Source: a virus. Taken from it: a stretch of DNA of 64,000 bases. Of the stretch, positions 37,571-46,629 are shown one piece after another (the first letter of the stretch is position 1; every line of letters starts with the position of its first letter). Both the position numbers and the translations under genes were made by a program. The stretch is from IMG/VR virus record IMGVR_UViG_3300045902_000324, positions 1 to 64,000 of that record; one strand, written 5' to 3'. Below the pieces are notes generated by a model that saw only the letters and a list, made by a program, of their open reading frames with translations, did no database searches and had not been told where the DNA came from.

Positions 37571-40500
37571 ATGCCAATCCCTATTTTGGAACTTGACCCG
37601 GATTGGGAGATTCAAGAAGTCTCCACAATCGACCAGTACAAGTCTGAGCTAAATGACGGGTACAAGCAGACGGCAACCAAAAATCTACCGTCGAGCATTC
37701 TGTCATGGGAAGTCCGAAAGACGGGGCTGTCTCAGGCAAATCTAAATCTGCTACTTGGCCAGCTAGAGACATTCGCAGGTAGCACCCCGTTTTCGTGGCG
37801 TCCCACGGAAACCGTCTCCTATCGAGCCTACTTCTGCGACGAGTGGACGGTGATTTCATACGACACGGATTGCTGGCAAATATCCGGCAAGTTCGTTCAA
37901 GACGTTGGCGGCGAGTGTGTAGAGCTGCTTGATCTGATCGACACCGTGGAGATCACAAACTGGCTGGCGGCAAGCGATGTCTGGCTAACCACATACACCC
38001 GAAACACCCTCCCACTTATCATGAACTCTGTGGCAGGGAAACCCTATCTGCTGGTCAACTCTTTTCACGATGTGCTGGGTCGCGGCGGATACTTTCCCGG
38101 CAGCGCCGGGACGACCGAAGGGCAGTTCCTCATGATCCGAGCCTGTATGGATGTGTTCAACCAGACAGGCATTGCATCATGGCGGCAGCGGGCGATCGAC
38201 ATGGCTGTCGCGCTAGAACCATCTCTGTACCGAGGGCAGACCGTACCTGCCGATCCAAACACGCTTTGGCTCCCACACTGGGTGTTTAACGTCAAGGCTC
38301 CGTTCACATCAAAAGGACTAAACACAGCCCCCAACCCGCTCAACTATGGTTACTTCGATCTCCCTGTAACATTCACGGCAGGCGTAGGTCAGATCTCGGC
38401 TGGAGCACCTAACCAAGGCGACAAGCTATCTGATGTCTACAGCGTCTATGCGACCGGAGCAAAGCTGCTGTGGCAAAACGTATTCGCGCCAGTCGTGTTC
38501 GGCACCCAGTACCAAGTCGAATACTGGGTGGTCAACTTCATGCTGGGTGGACAAAACTTCAGGATCTACCCGTCCTCAGCTTCGAGCAACGGAGCACCAC
38601 CACTCGCTACGACTGAGCCTGCGGGACGGATCAAGCTGACCACAGCGTTTACCGGGAGTCTCAAAGTTACCTACGCTGCTTACACTGGGAGCGTTATCGT
38701 TGCGAATCAGGTCTTTGACCCGTATCCGTTCTGGCGCACGTTGTTGCCAGGTGAAATCAACTCTGCGTTTGACGTTCACTGGTGGGCTTACGATGCGTAC
38801 GTGAAGCTGGCGGCAACTACAGGTCTTCTCAAGTGGACGCAGGCGGCTGAGGCGACTCGTGTCAACACGATCAACACAGCAGTCGTCCAAAACCCAACAA
38901 ACTGGTACAAAACAGAGGACAACCCAAATCCATTCGGCTACCCCGGCTCTCAGGCTATTCAGGTAGACAACCCAAACGGCTACACCGCCAGCAGGGAGAC
39001 AGCGATCGCGGGGCTACTCAATACCCTAAAGCTGGTCGTTGCGGCGGCACCGGGCGGCACGTTTCCTAGCATCGAGGTTCAGAACTTCGCGGTTCAAGCG
39101 CAGATTAACGCGGCTGTAACGATCGAGGTGGCGATCGCGCAGACTACCACAGCGACGGTTCGCATTGCGCTGTCGCTATCGCCAAACGCATTTGACTTCA
39201 GCCAAACCTATTACGTTAACTGGCACGTCGAGGCGAACACAACGGCGCTTACATCAACATCGTTCATCCCAGAAAACTTCTTCCGCTGGGATAACAACCT
39301 GGTGTGGCATTTGTCGATTGCTGAAACGCCTATCTACGTGTTCTCTGGCGGCGGCGGCAGCGCAACAACAGGGACGTTCCAGGCTACGAACATCCCATAC
39401 CTGGGGAAAACACTCAAGCAGGCTGTGGGCGAAATTCAGATGAACGCAGCAGCAGGCTTTGCTGGTGCAGGGTTAGTGCTCATCGGCAGACAAGTTAGAC
39501 GCCCTCCACAACTCGCGTTCAGGACAGACAAGACCATCATCCTTCGGCTTACCGACGGCGAGGGGTACAAGTGGGACAAGGAGATCGCCAATACAGGCGG
39601 GTGGGTCTTTGTTCGGTATCCGTGGAGCGCCTTCGAGTTTTCACCTAATAACATCGGGGAGGAACCGCAGGCACCGGACACACAGAACGACATCCAAAAT
39701 ATCGAGTTCATTGCGGTCGCTGGAGAAGGGTTGACCACAGTGCGGATCTGGTGGGCATCCGAGGGAACCACCAACCCACCCGCCCAGCTTCCTATTCCGG
39801 CTCAAACATACAAAGCCGCCGTGGTGTCTAGAAACCGGAATGCTCATACTTTTTGGGTCGGAAACTTCCGCCCGGCAAACAGTCCGAGTGATCAACTAAA
39901 GTACAACCCCGGCGTCGTTCCTTTTACAGTAAACATCGTCAACGGGGTTGTGGATGCTTGGCGGGGACTGCCTTACATGGGCTATCAAGACCCAGAACTT
40001 TGGTTCAAATGGGGGCTTACGGATCGCTGCCAGCAAGTGCTTGACTGTCTCGATGCCGCTCAAGATGCATACGCGGCATCCACAGGGGTTGTAGGGGCGT
40101 TTGCTCCAGTTTTCAAATGGGGCTACTGGGACGGCGGCGACTACCTGGGCGGACTGAACACGTTTAGCTGGTCTGGGGCTGACCCGAATACAAGCTGGGG
40201 ACAATACTTCTATCGTCCGTTAGAAGCGACTGCCAAATACTGGAGCCAGAACCCAGGCGATCGCAAAGCAGATCAAATCGTCATGCGAGGGCTTGCGATG
40301 CTGGACGCGCACTACCTAAAAAACAATACCAGCGTACCGTTTACTGATTTCCCACAGGGTGCTCCGCCATTCGCTGGCTACAACGATCCTGCTGCGTCAG
40401 CTCTGATTGGCCGAGCAGCCGTCTATGCAAATCTAGCTGGCGGCAGTCCGTCTATCACGCTGCGTGTCATCAACCGGACAATAAAACACCTCCAGAGCCA

Positions 40501-40681
40501 GTATGTCTCAACAGGTATCATGGCGGGCACCTGGAGCGCCGGGCAGCCAACCTTCGTCAGTGGAGGAACAATCTATCGTGAATTCTTTGGGTTTTGGCTG
40601 GCCGAGATCTATCTATACTTAGCACTCTTGCTCGAAAAGAAGAACGCCCTAGTGATGCCCCCTTGTGGCACACGAATCTAG
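37571..40681 (+). CDS. gpM-like distal tail domain fused to a large glycanase/carbohydrate-binding-like region
   Basis: N-terminal DGYKQ...PFSWRP...CDEW...GKFVQ; then TTEGQ (GH8-like TSEGQ) and an aromatic-rich body. Confidence 0.65.
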   Translation: MPIPILELDPDWEIQEVSTIDQYKSELNDGYKQTATKNLPSSILSWEVRKTGLSQANLNLLLGQLETFAGSTPFSWRPTETVSYRAYFCDEWTVISYDTDCWQISGKFVQDVGGECVELLDLIDTVEITNWLAASDVWLTTYTRNTLPLIMNSVAGKPYLLVNSFHDVLGRGGYFPGSAGTTEGQFLMIRACMDVFNQTGIASWRQRAIDMAVALEPSLYRGQTVPADPNTLWLPHWVFNVKAPFTSKGLNTAPNPLNYGYFDLPVTFTAGVGQISAGAPNQGDKLSDVYSVYATGAKLLWQNVFAPVVFGTQYQVEYWVVNFMLGGQNFRIYPSSASSNGAPPLATTEPAGRIKLTTAFTGSLKVTYAAYTGSVIVANQVFDPYPFWRTLLPGEINSAFDVHWWAYDAYVKLAATTGLLKWTQAAEATRVNTINTAVVQNPTNWYKTEDNPNPFGYPGSQAIQVDNPNGYTASRETAIAGLLNTLKLVVAAAPGGTFPSIEVQNFAVQAQINAAVTIEVAIAQTTTATVRIALSLSPNAFDFSQTYYVNWHVEANTTALTSTSFIPENFFRWDNNLVWHLSIAETPIYVFSGGGGSATTGTFQATNIPYLGKTLKQAVGEIQMNAAAGFAGAGLVLIGRQVRRPPQLAFRTDKTIILRLTDGEGYKWDKEIANTGGWVFVRYPWSAFEFSPNNIGEEPQAPDTQNDIQNIEFIAVAGEGLTTVRIWWASEGTTNPPAQLPIPAQTYKAAVVSRNRNAHTFWVGNFRPANSPSDQLKYNPGVVPFTVNIVNGVVDAWRGLPYMGYQDPELWFKWGLTDRCQQVLDCLDAAQDAYAASTGVVGAFAPVFKWGYWDGGDYLGGLNTFSWSGADPNTSWGQYFYRPLEATAKYWSQNPGDRKADQIVMRGLAMLDAHYLKNNTSVPFTDFPQGAPPFAGYNDPAASALIGRAAVYANLAGGSPSITLRVINRTIKHLQSQYVSTGIMAGTWSAGQPTFVSGGTIYREFFGFWLAEIYLYLALLLEKKNALVMPPCGTRI

Positions 40682-41133
40682 CGAATCGGGCCGTTTCTAT
40701 CACACACATATCGCACAATAGGGATCACGACATCATCTCCTGCTGCGATAGAACTACCGGGCACTGTGTCTCTATCTGCGTTCAATCCGAAGAACGTGAA
40801 CTGTGCAACACAAACACCATTGCTGCCGTGGTGGTCATAGTCGAGATCTGCTCCAAACGGCATGTCGAGTCTGTCCACCCACACCGCCTCAAGTCCGGCT
40901 GGCGGCACGTTGCGATCTCGGTCGAGTGGGGGCTGACCCGTATCGGACTGGATCTCCAACACCAGCGGTACCATATTTCTTGCTATCGACTGCGCCTCGG
41001 CATACAGAGCTTTGTTGCGCTGGTTCAAGTACGAGGGCAGCGCGATCGCAGACAGCACGCCGACAATCGCAATTGTCACTAACAGTTCGATTAGCGTGAA
41101 TCCTGGTTGACCATAATCAGTTCGTTCGTCCAT
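40678..41133 (-). CDS. Type IV pilin-like protein
   Basis: Class III signal peptide G|FTLIELLVTIAIVGVLSAIALPSYL; two C-terminal Cys. Confidence 0.9.
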   Translation of the reverse strand: MDERTDYGQPGFTLIELLVTIAIVGVLSAIALPSYLNQRNKALYAEAQSIARNMVPLVLEIQSDTGQPPLDRDRNVPPAGLEAVWVDRLDMPFGADLDYDHHGSNGVCVAQFTFFGLNADRDTVPGSSIAAGDDVVIPIVRYVCDRNGPIR

Positions 41134-41181
41134 ATCAGAATAAATACTAGCGATCGGACTCCAAGAGGCGATCGCGGTTAA

Positions 41182-41844
41182 TTAGGTGAAGAACCGAATA
41201 CCAGCGAGAGTAACTTGCTGAGGGTTCGCAGGAGAGCCAAGGGCGTTAAAGTTTATGGCTCCGTCCGTGCCGCATCCAAGAACGACGTTAGCATTTGTGC
41301 CAAAATTCTCGACCGGATATCGCATCGTACTGGATGGCCTGAACCCAACTGGCAGCGTGCAGATTGCGCCAGCGGCAAAAGCTAGTGGTCTACTAGCATA
41401 GCCCCGCATCAGGACTTCTCCGCGAATTTTTGTATACTGACACGCCTGAAAGCCAGCAGCGTTAACCCAGCTATTCTGGAACGAAACCGCTGCCCAAACG
41501 GGTGCGCCATTGGTATCTGCAAGCTGCCAAAAGCCGCTGGCGTGAATAAACTCAGCCCACTGGGTTGATCCCAGTGCCAGAGTGCCGTTCAAACTGATGC
41601 CATTCGTGTCTTGGAACGCGATGACATTTGCGCCTGCATTGTGGACGCGAACTCGCTGTCCATTGCTGCCACTGGCAATCTGAGGGTTAGAGGTCAGCGT
41701 GATGTTCGCTGTCGAGGTGACAGGACACACCTGAAACGCCACGCCTGACGTGATGGCGATCGTGGTTCCGGCGACCAGCGCTTGACTGGAGTTGAGGATC
41801 GGAGTGGCAGTGTCGCCGACAGCAGCTCTAATTGCTCCAAGCAT
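41182..41844 (-). CDS. Tail fibre / receptor-binding-like protein
   Basis: C-terminal WVN...QYTKIRGEVLMRG...ICTLPVGFRPS head domain. Confidence 0.7.
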   Translation of the reverse strand: MLGAIRAAVGDTATPILNSSQALVAGTTIAITSGVAFQVCPVTSTANITLTSNPQIASGSNGQRVRVHNAGANVIAFQDTNGISLNGTLALGSTQWAEFIHASGFWQLADTNGAPVWAAVSFQNSWVNAAGFQACQYTKIRGEVLMRGYASRPLAFAAGAICTLPVGFRPSSTMRYPVENFGTNANVVLGCGTDGAINFNALGSPANPQQVTLAGIRFFT

Positions 41845-41947
41845 TAATCCTTCCTTTTGCCAATCGCAATAATTTCAGCAACGCGCTCGATGATTGGCGT
41901 TATTTTCTTGAGCGCTTTACCCAGCCGCTTAAACAGTTTCTTCAAGG

Positions 41948-42553
41948 CTACAGCCCTCCCCAATAGAATTGCAAGGTTGTATTGGACGCAGCAGACGCCC
42001 GAATCCTAATCGTCTGCACAAAGAAGTCCCTGAAGTCGAATGCCAGAATCACCTTACCCGTTGTCGCATTTAGGGTGGTCGGATCAACACTCGCGCCCAG
42101 CGTGTCACCAGACAGCCGCAAGATTGAGTCTGACGGGGGAGCAGTGAAATGAGCGCCAGTGTTCAGATGGATCTGCATATCTGCACTGGCATTGCAGCGA
42201 GTTGATATCTCAAAACCGTTCAGGTTGGCTGCACCAATGTTATTCACCTGAAGCCGAAAGCGGGTCAGGGTGGGGATTTCGATAAAAGTGCCAGTGGATG
42301 CAGTGAGGGCGGTGCCGCCGACGACAGCAAGGTTCGTCGGGTTGCCGAACGATGCGCCTACGGCTGCTCCTGTGTCCACCTTGAAACGATCGCCTACTAG
42401 AGCCGTGGGAAGTAATGCCTGAATAGCAGCGGCGATCGCCGTCAGCGCCGGATCTCTGCGAATCAAGTCATCCCCAGCCCCTCCGTTATCTTCCACCCGC
42501 ATGGTGCGCGGGGTGTTCGTCCCGTCAATGTAAGTGCGTCCTACAATTGTCAT
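41948..42553 (-). CDS. Hypothetical virion-associated protein
   Basis: Beta-rich; class II promoter 42577-42585. Confidence 0.55.
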   Translation of the reverse strand: MTIVGRTYIDGTNTPRTMRVEDNGGAGDDLIRRDPALTAIAAAIQALLPTALVGDRFKVDTGAAVGASFGNPTNLAVVGGTALTASTGTFIEIPTLTRFRLQVNNIGAANLNGFEISTRCNASADMQIHLNTGAHFTAPPSDSILRLSGDTLGASVDPTTLNATTGKVILAFDFRDFFVQTIRIRASAASNTTLQFYWGGL

Positions 42554-42555
42554 AG

Positions 42556-43350
42556 CTATCCGTTAGGGTCTACTTGACAATGCCCAATGTGCTCAGACAG
42601 TGGCGCAGGCATACCCACAGCGAAGCCCTGCAACAAAAGGTCGCACTGTGGGTATGGACGCACCATCTCGTTCAACTCAGATATCAACGAGTCTGATTCG
42701 ACCCACTCGGCAATACACAACAATCTAAGATCGTGACAAATGCTGAACAACCCTCGGATAACAGCCCGATGTTTTGAGCTGTCCAGAACTCTAATCACAA
42801 ACCCGCCGTTTATCTTTAGTCCGTCAATCTCTAGATTCACGATTGAGTCTAGATTTGAGTAACCTATCCCAATATCGTCAAGCAAAATGGGAGACAATAG
42901 CGCCATACGCATCACGCTATCCCCAATTACTCGATAGTCGAGAGGCTGAGACTCAAGTACTTCTAGAATCAAACACGGCTCGATTAAACCGGACAGTACA
43001 TCACCAACCCGGTCAGGTAAATCTTTATCGTGCAGTGATGCCGCCGTTAGATTAACTGTAATTCTAATGTGCAGGTATCCACACGCTCTGAGCATCCGTA
43101 AATCATCGACAACTTGCCGCAACACCCAGGCATCAAGTGCGATCGCCAGCGTGTCAATTTCAAGAACGTCTGGAACGAACTGAGCCGCTTCAATGACACT
43201 CCCATCAGACCGGGACATCCGAATCAGAGCCTCAAACATTTTTGCAGGCTGCCCCAGTTCTGACGGACGTTTTACTGGCTGATAGTAGACTCGCAAATCG
43301 CCACCGCCAGCCCGCAGTGCGTCCCACACTTTTTGTTGTATCTGGTTCAT
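42556..43350 (-). CDS. Stand-alone EAL-domain c-di-GMP phosphodiesterase
   Basis: YYQP, FEALIR, TVNL, ILEVLE, DDIGIGYS, LKI, IAEWVE, LQGF; ATG 43350 overlaps the J stop (TGATG). Confidence 0.92.
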   Translation of the reverse strand: MNQIQQKVWDALRAGGGDLRVYYQPVKRPSELGQPAKMFEALIRMSRSDGSVIEAAQFVPDVLEIDTLAIALDAWVLRQVVDDLRMLRACGYLHIRITVNLTAASLHDKDLPDRVGDVLSGLIEPCLILEVLESQPLDYRVIGDSVMRMALLSPILLDDIGIGYSNLDSIVNLEIDGLKINGGFVIRVLDSSKHRAVIRGLFSICHDLRLLCIAEWVESDSLISELNEMVRPYPQCDLLLQGFAVGMPAPLSEHIGHCQVDPNG

Positions 43351-46064
43351 CAAACGAAAACTAGATTCTGGGATCTGGACATATCCAAACCACCTGTGAT
43401 TGCTGCAATCACAGGCTGGCTGTTTACCCACAGCGAGGTGCGATTGTTAACATCAAGCACGGCGGCGCGACAGTAGTATGTTCCCCTGGTCAGATTCTCG
43501 AAACGACACTCATTGGTGCCTGCGGGCACTAGTCGAGTGTCCTGCCATACAATCCCATCGCGGGAATATTCAACATACACGCCGCGCAGGACGGACGCAC
43601 TGGCTCCAACAACCCATCGGATGATCAACGTGTACTGCGGAGAAACAGACGGGTCAATCGCCTGTACAGCGATCGCCTGCCCCAAAACAGATTGAAGTGG
43701 TTCTACAACAGGTGGAATCGTAAACCGAGTTGGGGTCGGATCAATGGCTATATCATTCTCAATGGCAAGCCATTTGTTCGCATCGTACTGGATGCAGTTG
43801 ATGTCGATTTTTGTCGGGTCTTGCTGCGGGCGGACTGAGAGCACTCTAAACAGTTGAGCTTTCACCGAAGGCGACTGAATTACCCAATTCGATTCAGCCT
43901 GTGGGAGCTGCGAGAACGGCGGCCACACCTGTACCACATTTGACGTGACATTAACGCCGATCGTCCGGGTTTCGAGCAATCCGTTTGGCAACATGACAGA
44001 AAGCGTCATGCTCGTATTTACGGTGACTGTCGCGTCTAATCGAATCGTGTTAGAGTTAATAACTTGTCCGATCAACCCGCCATAGCGAACGTTGGCAAAG
44101 TTTGAGTCTGCGACTTGAATCACTTCACCGGGTCGGCAGTATGCAGCGTAGCTTCGAGCGGTGAAACTTAGCGATCGCGTTTCATTCTTCGAGCTGTACA
44201 GAATCCATCTACTATTTCTAATCGCTAGAGATCTTGAGGTGCACCCAAAAAAAGCAACCTCAACATCGCGGACACCATAGCGGTTGATCGCCTCAATATC
44301 CTCGACTACTTCCACAGCCCGTTGGTAATAGTCATTCGGGTCATTCCAGACACCTCTAACAATCGTATGCCGAGTGCGGACAGCCGTTGAGGAATAAACG
44401 AAATCCCCTACCACATCAGCCTGTGTGAACTGATGATGACTCACCGGAGTTGGACGATCTTGCCAGAACTTTACGGTACCCTCCGCCCAGTATGCCCGCA
44501 TGTGGCACGCCGAGCAAAAGGCGTTGATTACATCCCACGCTTTTTCAGCGGAGGCGATTTGAGTGTTGCAGGAATATCGGCGCTCAGATCCGCCGAATCC
44601 CGTAGGTACATACCCATTGTTATAAACAGACGCATCATACAGATCCCACTTGTCGATTAAAGAGTCATCCAAGTATCGACCCAGCCCATAGCGCCGATTT
44701 GTCAAAATGTCGAACAGTTGCCAAACCGGGTCACTGGTGGCTGTTGCAGGTGTATAGAAATTGCCGTCCCACACGCCTGAGAAGTTCAGCCCGCGATCGC
44801 CTGCGACAATAGCATTCGTGGGAATCCGAACACGCCGTCCACCAACTCGATACTGACGAGACGGGATCGAGCTGAACTGGTCTGGGCTAAACTGAAGCCC
44901 GATATACGCTGTATACGGATAATTCAACTTATTGGTCGTGACCTCGGTATAGCTAATCCACCGAACCACCTGAATTGTGCGAGACGAGTTGGAATCACTT
45001 GAAATACGCCTCAGTCGGATCTGAAAATTGCCGACCGTACCAGACTGGTTGTTTACCTTGAAAGCGTGCTCAAACTCAGTCAGTCCACTAAACTTAGCTT
45101 TCAGATTTTTTCTGTAGCGAACTGTCCAGGGCGCGATGCCCTGCTTTATTTCGATCTGGTACTCTACGTTCGTCCCCTTTACATCTCCATCCTCCTCATA
45201 CTTCACGAGTTGGATGCCCAGGCGAACACGTATGACATCACACTCCGTGTTCACAAATGCGCGAGTCGCTGGGCCGGACGCATTCTTGATTTCAATATTT
45301 ACAAAAGTCTCATTGCTGATCTCAACTCCTTCGTCTGAGATAATCTGCTGCGTTGCGTTCCCGCGCCGGAACTTATACCGGAAGCCCACAAAGTTGAGTG
45401 AGTTATTTGGGTTCTGGACAGGCGTCTCAGATAGATAAATCCCTTTACGAGCACCAATCAGCCCTTCAATCGGGCCCTCTGAAACAGCCTCCAAGACGTA
45501 CGCTCTTGAGGTCGATCGCCCGTCGTCATCGGCCTCCTTTGGGCTGGACGCATTTTTTCCGCCGCCTCCGTTGTGAACACGCAGCCCATGTTCGCCAACC
45601 AGGAAGCTGTGGTAGTTCTCAACTCGCAGATTCCATACGGGTGCCACGCCACGCAGTCTAGATCGCTCCAGAGGTCTAACCAGGTTTTCTCTATCAAATA
45701 GCGCAGCGTCTCGGCCAAGCTTGCCTATCTCCTGAAACGCCCCGCCATCGGTCAGAAACCAGTGGATCGGAGTTGCTGCTATGGTGCCGCCCCAGTAATC
45801 GTACTCCCACACCTCGTGGTTTCCGTGGAACTCTAGCGTTGCTTTGGCTACATGCAAATCGCCTTTTGAGTCAAACGCTGATACCCATGTACCCTCCGCC
45901 ACATCCTGGATTTCTACAGTGCCATCTAGCGTGTGGATTAGCGTGCCGGACGGGAAACACCCCCCGCCTGATCCAAAAACAAGCCCGTCCACATGGCTTG
46001 ACGGGATGGATGCAACAGCCTTAGTGCGGCGACGCCTAACCTTCGTCATCGGAATCATCCTCAA
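43350..46064 (-). CDS. Lambda gpJ-like tail tip / central fibre protein with an N-terminal Hint domain
   Basis: VSEGPIEGL, LNYPYTA, WDGNF, DPVW, YGLG, PGEVIQVAD; probable start at M6 (46049). Confidence 0.93.
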   Translation of the reverse strand: MRMIPMTKVRRRRTKAVASIPSSHVDGLVFGSGGGCFPSGTLIHTLDGTVEIQDVAEGTWVSAFDSKGDLHVAKATLEFHGNHEVWEYDYWGGTIAATPIHWFLTDGGAFQEIGKLGRDAALFDRENLVRPLERSRLRGVAPVWNLRVENYHSFLVGEHGLRVHNGGGGKNASSPKEADDDGRSTSRAYVLEAVSEGPIEGLIGARKGIYLSETPVQNPNNSLNFVGFRYKFRRGNATQQIISDEGVEISNETFVNIEIKNASGPATRAFVNTECDVIRVRLGIQLVKYEEDGDVKGTNVEYQIEIKQGIAPWTVRYRKNLKAKFSGLTEFEHAFKVNNQSGTVGNFQIRLRRISSDSNSSRTIQVVRWISYTEVTTNKLNYPYTAYIGLQFSPDQFSSIPSRQYRVGGRRVRIPTNAIVAGDRGLNFSGVWDGNFYTPATATSDPVWQLFDILTNRRYGLGRYLDDSLIDKWDLYDASVYNNGYVPTGFGGSERRYSCNTQIASAEKAWDVINAFCSACHMRAYWAEGTVKFWQDRPTPVSHHQFTQADVVGDFVYSSTAVRTRHTIVRGVWNDPNDYYQRAVEVVEDIEAINRYGVRDVEVAFFGCTSRSLAIRNSRWILYSSKNETRSLSFTARSYAAYCRPGEVIQVADSNFANVRYGGLIGQVINSNTIRLDATVTVNTSMTLSVMLPNGLLETRTIGVNVTSNVVQVWPPFSQLPQAESNWVIQSPSVKAQLFRVLSVRPQQDPTKIDINCIQYDANKWLAIENDIAIDPTPTRFTIPPVVEPLQSVLGQAIAVQAIDPSVSPQYTLIIRWVVGASASVLRGVYVEYSRDGIVWQDTRLVPAGTNECRFENLTRGTYYCRAAVLDVNNRTSLWVNSQPVIAAITGGLDMSRSQNLVFV
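45570..45959 (-). other. Hint (intein/BIL-type) domain, 130 aa, no endonuclease
   Basis: CFPSGT (Cys1), ATPIH block B, VWNLRV block F, terminal VHN, followed by Gly. Confidence 0.9.
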
Positions 46065-46629
46065 TCATGTACGACCGGATCGAGGCACTGAGCACCTGAC
46101 TACCAACGAGCAGTTCTCCATACACGACTGGCAGACGACCCCCTTGAGTCGTCGTATTGACCCCGCCATTAAAAATTAACGATGGTTTGTTTTTTGCATC
46201 ATTCGGGTCAGGTGCTTTGGGCTGGTTAAACAGTTCCATGATGCCGGACAGTGCCAGACTACCCCCGATCAGTGCGACGGATGCCGCCGACAACCCCAGG
46301 AAGCCCACGCCAGTCGCACCCAAAACAACCAGACCGATTCCAAGCAAAATTTTGCCGAATGCCCCACCTCCACCCAATGGCGTTGGCGCTATCGTAATTG
46401 TCTGTTTTCCAGTCGGCATCGAGACGTGCTGTTGCTCAATAGCCCAATCCCCGACAGTAATCTGGAAACCTACCCCACGCTCATGCGCGACGACCATGTA
46501 GTTGCGAAATGTCGGGAACGCTGACTCAAGGGCCCTGATCGCTTCTTTCACCGATCCAACGTTTAATCGGATCTCAGAAATGAACCGATCTGCCAACTCA
46601 TCTTTCAACACAACAGTCACCATCGGCAT
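46036..46629 (-). CDS. Lambda gpI-like (ubiquitin-like) tail assembly protein
   Basis: SVKEAIRAL...IAPTPLGGGG, TM segment, FNGGVNTTTQG.LPVVYGE. Confidence 0.9.
   Translation of the reverse strand: MPMVTVVLKDELADRFISEIRLNVGSVKEAIRALESAFPTFRNYMVVAHERGVGFQITVGDWAIEQQHVSMPTGKQTITIAPTPLGGGGAFGKILLGIGLVVLGATGVGFLGLSAASVALIGGSLALSGIMELFNQPKAPDPNDAKNKPSLIFNGGVNTTTQGGRLPVVYGELLVGSQVLSASIRSYMIEDDSDDEG

Noticed and set aside
45570-45959. Canonical mobile intein with homing endonuclease
   Set aside because: Only 130 aa, no LAGLIDADG or HNH insert, and the +1 residue is Gly
37571-46064. Diversity-generating retroelement acting on tail genes
   Set aside because: No reverse transcriptase and no TR/VR repeat pair seen
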